In this document: piece after piece, positions 9,982-19,163 of the stretch
Position numbering within the stretch: position 1 is the stretch's first letter
Layout of the letters: each line of letters starts with the position of its first letter
DNA from: Candidatus Multivorans sp.
Lineage (GTDB): Bacteria > Acidobacteriota > Thermoanaerobaculia > Multivoradales > Multivoraceae
Length of the DNA stretch: 64,000 nucleotides
Direction: 5' to 3'
NCBI GenBank assembly: GCA_965224025.1
Contig: OZ245033.1
Span: 3,072,001 to 3,136,000, forward strand
Made by a program: the position numbers and the translations under genes
The notes under the pieces: model-generated
Seen by the model: the letters and a program-made list of their open reading frames with translations, nothing else
The model's database searches: none
Told to the model about the DNA's origin: nothing

Positions 9982-11637
9982 CTACGGCTCGGGCGGTCCG
10001 CCGGCCTGGGATCCGTAGCGCTCGGCCATCGCCTCGCGGATGCGGCTCGATTCGTCCTCCGCGCCGCCTTTGAACCAGGCGTGCTCGGGCCGGGCGAGGA
10101 TCGAGTCGATCAGTGCCCGCACCGTCCGGGCCTGACGCTTGCGCCCGGTGGCGTCCGCGTGCTCGGTCATCTCGAGGGCTTGCGGAATGAACTCCATGTA
10201 GAAGCGCTCGGCGACCTCGAACATGCCGTGCCAGTGAGTGTAGTCGGGCGCCATCATCGAGGCGCCGTGGCGGGCCCGCCGTCCTTCGTGGTGCCAGAGG
10301 TAGAACCAGGTCCACTCGATCTCCTCGTCGAATTGAGTGGGGCTTCGAAGTCCGTGCTCGAGTAGCGCGGACACGATCGCCTGTCCCGGCTTGGCGAACT
10401 TCTCGTTGTAGAGGGTCACGAGGTCGTCGTACTGTTTGTAGAAGGCGTTGACGTAGTCGGGCGTATGGCAGTGCGAGCAGACCTCCTTCATGCGCGTACG
10501 CTTCGCTTCGGCGGTGTCGGCGATTCGTTCCCGGCGCTCCGCCGGGTCGGCCGTGGTCACGATGCGGTGTTCCGCGTCCGTGTCCATCGGCAGGCTGACC
10601 GGTGGCCTGTTGGTCCAGGAGATCCGTTCGCCGGGATCATGGGTGACGCGGCCGTTGTTCCGGGTGTGGCCCGACATGTGACAGGTCGCGCAGGTCGGCG
10701 CCGCCGAGTAGTCCACGCCCAGCACCCAGTCCTCGCCGTCGAGGTTCATGGAGTCGGTCAGGTCGCGGTAGGCGACGCCGTGCTTCGACTCTTCGTAGAT
10801 TTCCTTCTGCGGATGGTCGGGCCCGAGATGGCACTTGCCGCAGTTCTCGGGTTGGCGGGCGCGCCGCGGCGAGAAATCGTGGCGGCTGTGACAGGCGCTG
10901 CAGGAACCGCGCGAGCCGTCCAGGTTGAGGCGGCCGATGCCCGTGTTGGGCCAGGTGCCGGGGTCGAACAGGGGCCGACCGTCGTCGTTGCGCAGGATGC
11001 GGTCGAGGACCTCGGCTTTGGTCGGGATGCCGTCCTCGTCGGGGCGCAGGTCGTCGAGCGTGATCGTGCCGCCGTCGGTGGCCCTGAGGGCGACCTTGGA
11101 ACCGTGGCATTGCTGACAGCCGAGGAACGCGCTGGCGAGGCCGTTGACCGGTTCCATCGGGCGGCCCGGCGTGGGCGAGTGGGGGTTGAACGGCTGTGTC
11201 GAGCCTTCGACCGTCTCGGCCAGGAAGTTGTCCAGGGAAGCGAGGATGTTGCCGCCGGCGGCGTGATGGCTGCGCGCGAACTCCTCGGCCTCGTGAGGGT
11301 GGCAGGCGGCGCAGTCCCTGGGCGTGACCACGGTCGCTATCTGGAAACCGTAGTGGTCGTGACTGTCGGGATCTTCCGCTAGCGCGCGATGGCACTCGAC
11401 GCAGCCGACGCCCTTCTCGGCGTGGGTGCTGCCGCGCCAGTGGTCGATGATCCCAGGATTCGTTTCCTGATGGCATTCGATGCAGTCGACGGAACTGGCC
11501 GGCGCGACGATTCGCTCCGGGCGCAGGCCGGCCTCTTCGGCGCGGCGGATCGTCTCCAGCCACTGGACGAACACGAGCGAGAGAATGAACACGCCTCCCA
11601 GGCTGCCGATGATGATGCGCTTGGTTTCCAGGGTCAT
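9982..11637 (-). CDS. membrane-anchored octaheme cytochrome c, hydroxylamine oxidoreductase (HAO) family
   Basis: 8 CxxCH (CIECH, CVECH, CAACH, CQQCH, CSACH, CGKCH, CATCH, CSHCH); family motifs CHLGPDHPQKEIYEESKHG, APTCATCHM, APDYTHWHG; N-terminal TM helix. Confidence 0.88.
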   Translation of the reverse strand: MTLETKRIIIGSLGGVFILSLVFVQWLETIRRAEEAGLRPERIVAPASSVDCIECHQETNPGIIDHWRGSTHAEKGVGCVECHRALAEDPDSHDHYGFQIATVVTPRDCAACHPHEAEEFARSHHAAGGNILASLDNFLAETVEGSTQPFNPHSPTPGRPMEPVNGLASAFLGCQQCHGSKVALRATDGGTITLDDLRPDEDGIPTKAEVLDRILRNDDGRPLFDPGTWPNTGIGRLNLDGSRGSCSACHSRHDFSPRRARQPENCGKCHLGPDHPQKEIYEESKHGVAYRDLTDSMNLDGEDWVLGVDYSAAPTCATCHMSGHTRNNGRVTHDPGERISWTNRPPVSLPMDTDAEHRIVTTADPAERRERIADTAEAKRTRMKEVCSHCHTPDYVNAFYKQYDDLVTLYNEKFAKPGQAIVSALLEHGLRSPTQFDEEIEWTWFYLWHHEGRRARHGASMMAPDYTHWHGMFEVAERFYMEFIPQALEMTEHADATGRKRQARTVRALIDSILARPEHAWFKGGAEDESSRIREAMAERYGSQAGGPPEP

Positions 11638-11659
11638 CGCTGGCCGTCCTTTCGTTGGT

Positions 11660-12709
11660 TCAATGGGGCGCCACGGCTTCCCAGATCGTCATCCCGATGA
11701 TCAGGAGCGTCGCCGCCACGCCGATCCAGACGCTCGCTTCGCGCAGGCGGGTGCGCCGGCGCAACCAGGCGTCGATGAAGGGCCAGGCGAACATGAGGAA
11801 GACGATCAGACCCATGCTGAGCACTGCGGCCGTGCCGCCCATCAGCTTGAGCCAGCGGAACGTGACGTAGAAGAACCACTCCGGCTTGATCTCCTCCGGC
11901 GTGGTCAGGGGGTCGGCGAGCGGGCCCATCGTGGCCGGCGCCAGCGTCGCCAGAGCGCTGAGAACGACCATCAGAACCAGGCCGATGATGAGTTCGGTGT
12001 AGAGGTGGTCGGGAATGAAGGGGAACTTGCGGTCCTCGGTCGCCGGTTCCTCCCGGAACTTCAACTCGGTCACGCCCTGAATCCGCACCAGCGCGATGTG
12101 CGCCGCGATCAACGCGACGAGGAATCCCGGCAGCACGGCGGCATGGAGCACGAAGAATCGGGCCAGGGTTCTCTCGTTGTAGGCCTCTCCCGCGAGCAGC
12201 ATCTTCTTCAGGAAGCCGCCGATCACCGGGATCGTGTCGGCTATGTTCGCGGACACGGTCGCGCCCCAGTAGCTCAGTTGCTCGAAGACCAGGCTGTAGC
12301 CGGTGAAGCCGAGCATCAGGGTGCAGAGCAGGAGCAACATGCCGACCATCCAGTTCATTTCCCGCGGCTTGCGGTAGGCGCCGGTGAAATAGACTCGAAT
12401 CTGGTGCAGCACGACGGCGGCGATCATCAGCGTCGCCGCCCACTTGTGAACGCTGCGCAGGTACCAGCCGAAGGATGCCTCCTCGGTGATGTAGCGCACC
12501 GATTCCCAGGCGGTCGACGGATGGGGCTGGTAGTAGAGCGCCAGCAGGACGCCGGTGACGATCTGGACCACGAACAGGTAGGCCGGCGTGCCGCCGAGAG
12601 CGAACCACCAACGCTTGAGATGGTGGGGGACGGGTTCGTTGGTGAGTTCGCGGAGCGCGCCGGGCGCGATCGGAATCCGGTCGTCGAGCCAACGCTTGAT
12701 CGTGGTCAT
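11660..12709 (-). CDS. cytochrome b (cyt b6 + subunit IV-like, single polypeptide)
   Basis: LRSVHKWAA...LHQIRV, YRKPREMNW, GFTGYSL, SYWGATV, FFVLH, IKPEWF; ATG 12709 overlaps the Rieske TGA. Confidence 0.92.
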   Translation of the reverse strand: MTTIKRWLDDRIPIAPGALRELTNEPVPHHLKRWWFALGGTPAYLFVVQIVTGVLLALYYQPHPSTAWESVRYITEEASFGWYLRSVHKWAATLMIAAVVLHQIRVYFTGAYRKPREMNWMVGMLLLLCTLMLGFTGYSLVFEQLSYWGATVSANIADTIPVIGGFLKKMLLAGEAYNERTLARFFVLHAAVLPGFLVALIAAHIALVRIQGVTELKFREEPATEDRKFPFIPDHLYTELIIGLVLMVVLSALATLAPATMGPLADPLTTPEEIKPEWFFYVTFRWLKLMGGTAAVLSMGLIVFLMFAWPFIDAWLRRRTRLREASVWIGVAATLLIIGMTIWEAVAPH

Positions 12710-13227
12710 GACCGGGGGCTCGGCGCCCTCAGCGGCACCGCCTCGACCTCGACGAACAGCATGCCGTTCCTCACCTCGACCGGGTAGCCCGAAAGCACCA
12801 TGCCCTCGGGTGGCCCGGCGGTGCCCAGGCCGTCGGAGTCGAAGACTCCGTTGTGGCACGGACAGAAGTAGCGGTTGTGTTGCGGCTGCCAATAGACCTG
12901 GCAGCCCAGGTGGGGGCAGACGCTCGAGAGCGCGGTGAAGTCCTCATTGCCGCCGGTGTCGTTGCGGCGGGTGACGTGAACCTCGGCCCCCGCCGGCGTC
13001 GTGTAGGTCAGGCTCTCGCCGGTCGCGAGGCGGTCGAGCGGCGCGACGAATTGCCATACCCGCTCGGAGGCGCGGGCAGGATAGAGGAACCGGCCGAGGA
13101 TGGCGCCGAACGCTCCATAGCCGCCGGCCAGCCCCAGGGCCATGGCCGAGCGCGAAAGACCGGCGAGAAACCGCCGGCGTCGTAAGTCGGCGGGATCGTC
13201 CGAAGGTGGCGCCTCTGACGAGGACAT
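12706..13227 (-). CDS. Rieske 2Fe-2S subunit with Tat signal
   Basis: RRRFL twin-arginine motif, CPHLGC and CPCHNG, GPP. Confidence 0.93.
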   Translation of the reverse strand: MSSSEAPPSDDPADLRRRRFLAGLSRSAMALGLAGGYGAFGAILGRFLYPARASERVWQFVAPLDRLATGESLTYTTPAGAEVHVTRRNDTGGNEDFTALSSVCPHLGCQVYWQPQHNRYFCPCHNGVFDSDGLGTAGPPEGMVLSGYPVEVRNGMLFVEVEAVPLRAPSPRS

Positions 13228-13288
13228 CTGGACGGCAAACCTATCAGTCGGGACTTGTCGCTGCCATCCCGTTGGTGGTCAGGGACGG

Positions 13289-16200
13289 TCAGGAACCGCG
13301 AAGGGCCGGAGCGCCGTGGGAGATGGCCAAGCCGGCTCTCCGCGCCGCTCTGCGCCGGCCGCGGATCGCCCGCCGCCGTTCGCGGCCGCGCTCGACCAGG
13401 AGGTAGAGCGAGGGCACGAAGACCAGCGTGATCAGTGTCGAGGCGAGCAGTCCGCCGCCGACGACCCGGGCCAGGGGCGCCTGCAGCTCGGCGCCCTCGC
13501 CGATCCCGAGGGTCAGCGGCAGCAGGCCGAGCGCGGTCGTCAGCGTCGTCATCAGAATCGGACGCAGGCGGCGCCTGGAACCGCGGATCAGCGCCTCGTG
13601 CAGGGTGCAGCCGACGTCCCGGCGCATCCGGTTCACGTTGTCCACCAGGACGATCGCGTTGTTGACCACGATGCCGACCAGGACCACGAGGCCGAGGAAG
13701 GAGTTCATGTTCAGGGTCGTGCCGGTGACCGCCAGGGTCAGGAGCACGCCGAGCAGCGAGAAGGGCACCGCGGTCATGATGACCAGGGGCTGGAGCAGGG
13801 ACTCGAACTGAACCGCCATCACCGTGTAGACGAGGAAGACCGCGAGCAGCACGCCGATCAAGAGTTCCACGAAGACCTGGCGCTGTTCTTCCAGCTCACC
13901 GCCCATGTCGACCGCGAAGCCGTAAGGGGTCTCGACCCGCGCCAGCGCGGCTTCGACGTCGCTCGCCACGTCGCTGAAACGACGACCGTCGATGCCGGCG
14001 AGGACCTGCATGATGCGTTCCTGGTTCTCGCGGTTGATCGACAGCGGCCCCTCGCCGGGACTGATGGTCGCGATCGAGCCCAGGCGCACGACGTCGCCGT
14101 GCGGGGTGACGATGGGCAGTTGGGGAAGTTGCTCCAGGCGCAGACGGTCCTCGGGCTGGAGCTGGACCCGGATGTCGAACTCGTCGCCCTGGTCGCGGAA
14201 CCTGGTCGCCACGCGCCCGAGGACGTAGTGCTCGACGGCGTCGGCGACCTGGCTGCCGTTGAGCCCCAGCTCCGCAAGCCGGGCGCGATCGACGCGCAGG
14301 GTGCGTTCGAGTTGGCCGGATTCACGGTCGAGCCGGGGGTGGATGACCCCCGGGATCGCCTCCATCGCCTCGATCACGCGCTGGGCGAGTTCGTCGCCCT
14401 GGTCCAGGTCGTGGCCGCGGATCTCCACCACCAGGCGGGCGTCCTCTCCGCCCCGCATCATGCGCATCATCATGTTGCTGGAGGAGGCGTAGAGCTGGAT
14501 CCGGGCTGCCGGCACGTCGGCGATCGCGTGACGGATCGATGCGACGATTTCCTCCTGGCCGCGACTCCGATCGGTCACCGGGGTGAGCATGATCTCCATC
14601 GTGCCCTGGTTGGACTGGGCGGGGCGCCACCAGCTCTCGGGACCGGCGGTGGTGATCAGGTTGTCGAGTTCGTCGGGGCGGACAGCATTGCGGACCTGGG
14701 CTTCGATCTCGGCCATCGTGCTGGTTGTCGTCTCGAGAGGAGCGCCCACCGGCATTTCGACCTGCATGTTGAGCCGGCCCTCGTCGCTCTCCGGCATCAA
14801 CTCGAGACCGATCACGGGCACCAGGGCAAGGGAACCGAGCAGGAGCACGACGGCCGTGGCCATCACCAGGCCGGGCCTGCCGAGGGCCCACTCGATCATC
14901 CGGCCGTAGGCCATGTCGACGGGACCGAGGGCGGCGACGCACTCGTCCGTGACCTGGCGACTCTTCGGGACCTGCCGCAACCAGCGCGCCGCCGCGGCCG
15001 GAATCAGCGTGAGGGCGACGAACAGCGCGCACAGCAACGCGAAGCTGACGGTGATCGCCAACTGGTTGAAGAAGATGCCGGCGAAACCGGAGATGAAGAC
15101 CACCGGCAGGAAGACGGCCACGGTGGTCAGGGTGCCGGCGGCGATCGCCATCGCCACCTCGTTGCTGCCGGCGATCGCCGCGGCGGTGGGGCGTTCACCC
15201 TCGTGAAGCCGGCGGTAAATGCTCTCGAGCACCACGATCGAGCCGTCGACCAGCATGCCGACGCCGAGCGCGATGCCGGCGAGGGAGATCACGTTCAGGG
15301 TGAAGCCGTTGAAGTACATCAGGGCGACCGTGGCCAGCACCGAGATCGGGATCGCGGCGCCCACGATCAGGGTCGCTCGCAGGTCGCGGAGGAAGAACAT
15401 CAGCACGAGCACCGCCAGCGCGGCGCCGAACAGGGCCCCCAACTGGACGTTGTTCACCGCCTGCCGGATGAAGGCGGCGCCGTCCATGAGGATCGAGATC
15501 TCGGCGCGGCCAGCGTAGTCGCGGTTGATTGCGTCGATCTCGCGCTTCAACCGATCCACGACCTCGACCGTGTTGGAGCCGGACTGCTTCATCACGTACA
15601 TCCGCATGCCCGGAGTACCGTTGATCCAGAGCTCGTTGGTCAGTTCGCGGATACCGTCGTCGACCCGACCGACGTCGCGCACGAGGATCGGCCGACCTTC
15701 GCGGATGGCGACGATCGTGTTCTCGACGTCGACCTTGCGCTCGAACTCTCCGATCGCCCGGATCAGGACCTCGCGCCCCGTTTCGAGCATGTCGCCCGCC
15801 GAGACGTTGCGGTTCTCCCGCGACAGGGCCATGGTGACCTCGCCCGGCGTGATGCCGAGCGCGGCCATCCGGTCGGCGGCGAGCTGGACCTGGATTTCTC
15901 GCACGCGACCGCCCTGGACTTCCACCGAGGCGACGCCGGGCAGGCGCTCCAGCCGCCGGCTGATCGTCTGCTCGGCAAGGTGGCGGACCTGGCGCGCGTC
16001 GCCTTGGCCGGAGAGGCCCAGGAAGACGACCGGCATATCGGAGAGATTGAACTTGAACAGAGTCGGTTCCGAGGCGTCTTCCGGCAGCATGCCGCGCACG
16101 AAGTCGAGCTGTTCGCGGATGTCGTTCACCACTTCGTTCAGGTCGACGCCCCAGTCGAACTGGGCCTGGATGCTGCTCATGCCCTCCGCGGACATGGAGT

Positions 16201-16441
16201 TCAACTTGTCGAGACCGGTGACGGTGGACAGGGCCTGCTCGACCGGGCGGGTGATCAGGCTCTCCATCTCCTCCGGCGCCACGCCTTCGTAGGTCGTCGT
16301 GACCGAGATCATGGGCATGTCGACCTCGGGCATCAGGTCGACGGCAAGCTGACGGACGGCGACAAGGCCGAGCACGGCGACGCACACGTAGAGCATGCCG
16401 ACGCCGACCGGACGGTTGGCGGAGAGACGGGGGAGGTTCAT
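13289..16441 (-). CDS. RND efflux permease (AcrB/AcrD/AcrF family)
   Basis: 1050 aa; GMLVDGSIVVLE, TTVAVFLP, RLRPILMTTLTT. Confidence 0.93.
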   Translation of the reverse strand: MNLPRLSANRPVGVGMLYVCVAVLGLVAVRQLAVDLMPEVDMPMISVTTTYEGVAPEEMESLITRPVEQALSTVTGLDKLNSMSAEGMSSIQAQFDWGVDLNEVVNDIREQLDFVRGMLPEDASEPTLFKFNLSDMPVVFLGLSGQGDARQVRHLAEQTISRRLERLPGVASVEVQGGRVREIQVQLAADRMAALGITPGEVTMALSRENRNVSAGDMLETGREVLIRAIGEFERKVDVENTIVAIREGRPILVRDVGRVDDGIRELTNELWINGTPGMRMYVMKQSGSNTVEVVDRLKREIDAINRDYAGRAEISILMDGAAFIRQAVNNVQLGALFGAALAVLVLMFFLRDLRATLIVGAAIPISVLATVALMYFNGFTLNVISLAGIALGVGMLVDGSIVVLESIYRRLHEGERPTAAAIAGSNEVAMAIAAGTLTTVAVFLPVVFISGFAGIFFNQLAITVSFALLCALFVALTLIPAAAARWLRQVPKSRQVTDECVAALGPVDMAYGRMIEWALGRPGLVMATAVVLLLGSLALVPVIGLELMPESDEGRLNMQVEMPVGAPLETTTSTMAEIEAQVRNAVRPDELDNLITTAGPESWWRPAQSNQGTMEIMLTPVTDRSRGQEEIVASIRHAIADVPAARIQLYASSSNMMMRMMRGGEDARLVVEIRGHDLDQGDELAQRVIEAMEAIPGVIHPRLDRESGQLERTLRVDRARLAELGLNGSQVADAVEHYVLGRVATRFRDQGDEFDIRVQLQPEDRLRLEQLPQLPIVTPHGDVVRLGSIATISPGEGPLSINRENQERIMQVLAGIDGRRFSDVASDVEAALARVETPYGFAVDMGGELEEQRQVFVELLIGVLLAVFLVYTVMAVQFESLLQPLVIMTAVPFSLLGVLLTLAVTGTTLNMNSFLGLVVLVGIVVNNAIVLVDNVNRMRRDVGCTLHEALIRGSRRRLRPILMTTLTTALGLLPLTLGIGEGAELQAPLARVVGGGLLASTLITLVFVPSLYLLVERGRERRRAIRGRRRAARRAGLAISHGAPALRGS

Positions 16442-16471
16442 CTGCCAATCCTCACGGACTGCTAGTCATCC

Positions 16472-17866
16472 TCAAGACCCGGCGGCGCCGGCGGGGGAGG
16501 CGCCGCCCGGCGCCCCGTTTGCTTTGACCACCCGTATCGGAGCGCCGTTGCCGAGCTGCGTGTGCCCCAGGGTCAGCACCAGCTCGCCAGCCTCGAGGCG
16601 GCCGTCGACGGCGCTGAACTCACCGGAGCGGCCGGCGACGTTGACCGGCCGCCACTCGGCCAGGCCGTCGACCGGAACCAGGACGCCGACCGAGCGGGCG
16701 CCATCCATCGCCACCCGCTCCAGCAGGGCGGCGCCCGGAACGATCAGCGCGTCGTCGAGGTCGCGCAGGCTGACGGAGACGTCCGCGTACATGCCGGGCC
16801 GCAGCAGGTCGTCGGTTCCCGCGAGTTCGCCCTCGACAAGCACGGTGCGATCGTTGCGGCGTACCTCGCCGGCGACCCGGCGCACGGTGCCGGAGAAGAT
16901 CTGCTCGCCCGTGGCTTCGGTCGAGACATCGAAACCGGCGCCTGCCCGAACCGCGGCGAGATCGCGTTCCGGCACCCGGAACTGAACCATGAGCGGCGCC
17001 TCCTCGACCAGCCGCAGGATCGGGGTTCCAGGCTGCACCAGGGCGCCCCGGTCCAGGTAACGGTCGGCGACGACAGCATTGAACGGTGCGCGGACGCGGG
17101 TGTTGGCGAACTGCTCGGCGAACTGGGCCTCCCGCGCCGCGGACTGCCGGACCTGAGCTTCGGCTGCAGCCAGGTTCGCCCTGGCCGTGGCGTACTGGGA
17201 CGTGACCTGCTGCTGTTCCTGCTCCGAGAGCAGGCTCTGGTCGTAGAGCTCCATCGCCCGCTCGTAGTCCGCCTCCACGCCGACCAGTTCGGCCGCCGCC
17301 TTGTCGCGGTTCGCCTGGGCGACGCCAAGTTGACCTCGGGCCTCCTGGAGCTGGTTCTTCAGATCGATGTCGGCGATCACGGCGAGAACGGCGCCGGCAG
17401 CGACCCGCTGGCCGATTCGGGTGGGCATATCGATCAGCAGGCCCGAGACCTGGGGCGAGATGTCGGCGACCTCACCGACCAGTTCGCCGGAGTAGGCGGT
17501 GCGCACCGAGAGATGTCCCCGGCGGGCGGCCTCGGCGCGCACCGGCACGGCCTGGGCCGGCGCGGCGTCGGCGCCGGGCGCCGCTGCCCCGGACTGTGGC
17601 GAACGGCCCAGGGCGATGACGGCCGCCGCGGCCAGAACCACTGTCCCTGCCACGCCAACGGCGATCCAGGGGCCGCTGAGGCGGCGGCGTGGTTTGACGG
17701 CGGGGCGAGAGCCGGCCGGGACGAAGCCGCCCGCGGCGGGATCGAAGCGCTCGGCGCCGTGGGCGTGCTCCGACGGGCGAGGCGCGTTGGCCGCCGGTCC
17801 AGCGGCTGCTCGGGAGCGGGGCGGCACGGGGCCGGTTCCAGCTCCTCCGGATTGAACTATCGCCAT
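16472..17866 (-). CDS. RND periplasmic adaptor (membrane fusion protein)
   Basis: TM anchor, lipoyl-like ISPQVSG and VRAPFNAVV, LRPGMYA; ATG at 17866. Confidence 0.88.
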   Translation of the reverse strand: MAIVQSGGAGTGPVPPRSRAAAGPAANAPRPSEHAHGAERFDPAAGGFVPAGSRPAVKPRRRLSGPWIAVGVAGTVVLAAAAVIALGRSPQSGAAAPGADAAPAQAVPVRAEAARRGHLSVRTAYSGELVGEVADISPQVSGLLIDMPTRIGQRVAAGAVLAVIADIDLKNQLQEARGQLGVAQANRDKAAAELVGVEADYERAMELYDQSLLSEQEQQQVTSQYATARANLAAAEAQVRQSAAREAQFAEQFANTRVRAPFNAVVADRYLDRGALVQPGTPILRLVEEAPLMVQFRVPERDLAAVRAGAGFDVSTEATGEQIFSGTVRRVAGEVRRNDRTVLVEGELAGTDDLLRPGMYADVSVSLRDLDDALIVPGAALLERVAMDGARSVGVLVPVDGLAEWRPVNVAGRSGEFSAVDGRLEAGELVLTLGHTQLGNGAPIRVVKANGAPGGASPAGAAGS

Positions 17867-17909
17867 GGTCGTCGTTCTCTCTGGTTGGTGGTCGTGCTGT
17901 TGGAGTCGC

Positions 17910-18455
17910 CTACGCAGTGCCGGGTCGGGAGTTGCCGCCACTTTCCTCCATCGTGGCGAGCACGGAGTTGAGGCTGTCGGCGAGGGTGGCGTAGAAGCGG
18001 ATAAACCCGTCCAGGCGGCCAGCGACGACGCTCCCGTCGGCGCCGCTGGGAAGGAGCGCCTGCTTCATCTCTTCGGCCATGGCCTGCCGGTCGCGGAAGC
18101 GGTCCGCGACCCGCTGCAGCAGGCCGGGTTGCTCGTTGATCTGGAAGTAGTCACGGCGGTCGCCCGGGCGAGTAACCCGTTCGATGACGCCCATGTTTTC
18201 CAGCAGACGGGTGTTCGTACTGATGCTGCCGCGGCTCACGCGCAGGCGCTCGGCCAGACGGTCGAAGCGAAGTGGCTGCGGCGACAGGATGAGCAGGCCG
18301 ACCAGGCGGCCCGCGATGCGGGGCAGACGGTCCTCTTCGAGCGCCAGACCCATGCCCTCGATGAAACGTTCTTTCGCGGCGTCGAGGCTGAGGCCGGCCG
18401 CGGCGGAGGGCTCGGCGGATCGATCCGGAACGGAAATCGGCTCGGAGACGGCCAT
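17910..18455 (-). CDS. GbsR/MarR-family transcriptional regulator
   Basis: LPRIAGRLVGLLILS, VSRGSISTNTRLLE, RPGDRRDYF. Confidence 0.85.
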   Translation of the reverse strand: MAVSEPISVPDRSAEPSAAAGLSLDAAKERFIEGMGLALEEDRLPRIAGRLVGLLILSPQPLRFDRLAERLRVSRGSISTNTRLLENMGVIERVTRPGDRRDYFQINEQPGLLQRVADRFRDRQAMAEEMKQALLPSGADGSVVAGRLDGFIRFYATLADSLNSVLATMEESGGNSRPGTA

Positions 18456-18464
18456 GAGTCAGAG

Positions 18465-18493
18465 ATGTTGGAACATTTGATTTGTTTTGTCAA
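18465..18493 (-). promoter_or_regulatory. sigma70-like promoter for the regulator-RND operon
   Basis: minus strand TTGACA-17 nt-CAACAT, 9 nt before the ATG; palindrome atgtt-gg-aacat (18465-18476) overlaps the -10. Confidence 0.55.
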
Positions 18494-18556
18494 GACTGAA
18501 CGGGATGAACAGCGAGAACGGAACCGAGCTTGCCCCAAGCCGCTAGGCTCGCGGCC

Positions 18557-18943
18557 ATGCGGTCCTCAAAGCGTCGCTCGAGCCCCGGGTTCCTGCCCCT
18601 GCTTCTGGGCCTCGTAATGCTCGTCTTCGCATTGCTGCAGCTCAACGACCCGGACCCCCTCATCTGGGTGAGCTACTACGCGGCAATCGCCTGCGCCTGT
18701 ACGGTCGCCGCCTACCGGCCGCTGCCCACGGCCGCGTTCCTGGGCTTGGCCGCGGTGACCGCGGCCGGCGCGGTGCTCACCCTGCCGGGCTTTACCGACT
18801 GGGTGCTGAACCGCCCGACGAGCGATCTCTGGGCGCCGATGTCGGCCGACCGGATGTACATCGAGCACAGCCGGGAGCTGCTGGGACTCGTGATTGCCGG
18901 CACCTGTCTGGTAACCGCACAGTGGCTGTCGCGGAGGCGGTAG
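18557..18943 (+). CDS. transmembrane 220 family membrane protein
   Basis: QLNDPDPLIW motif, EHSRELLGL, about 4 TM segments. Confidence 0.75.
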   Translation: MRSSKRRSSPGFLPLLLGLVMLVFALLQLNDPDPLIWVSYYAAIACACTVAAYRPLPTAAFLGLAAVTAAGAVLTLPGFTDWVLNRPTSDLWAPMSADRMYIEHSRELLGLVIAGTCLVTAQWLSRRR

Positions 18944-19088
18944 CGTCGCCGCTTCGCGGCGCGTTTCTCCCCCCGGGTCAGAAGACCCGGGGTCACGGGC
19001 ACCTGCCTGGTAACCGCGCACTGGCTGTCGCGGAGGCGGTAACGTCGCCGCTTCGCGGCGCGTTGTTTTCCGCGGGTCAGAACCCGGG
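18899..19088 (+). repeat. imperfect tandem duplication (period 99 nt) of the TMEM220 3' end and downstream hairpin
   Basis: ggcacctgtctggtaaccgcacagtggctgtcgcggaggcggtagcgtcgccgcttcgcggcgcgtt at 18899 recurs with a few mismatches at 18998. Confidence 0.9.
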
Positions 19089-19143
19089 TGGCGCGATCCG
19101 CGCCACCAGTCCGTGCGCCTTTCATCGGGCGCGCGGATGGCAG
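19082..19143 (+). repeat. two-hairpin REP-like family A, copy 2
   Basis: acccgggtggcgcgatccgcgccaccagtccgtgcgcctttcatcgggcgcgcggatggcag. Confidence 0.85.
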
Positions 19144-19163
19144 ACCCGCGGCTACACCCGCGG

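Noticed and set aside
9982-11637. Evidence that the organism is a nitrifier or anammox bacterium
   Set aside because: No amo/hzs/cycAB genes in the window, and the HAO-like protein appears to lack the oxidative Tyr cross-link.
13142-16465. 1107-aa plus-strand ORF and similar long antisense ORFs (21033..23396, 38703..40925, 47311..49443, 50881..52836)
   Set aside because: They are shadows of real genes on the opposite strand in high-GC DNA, with no recognisable motifs.
13289-17866. RND locus without an outer-membrane factor
   Set aside because: Common; TolC-like partners are often encoded elsewhere.
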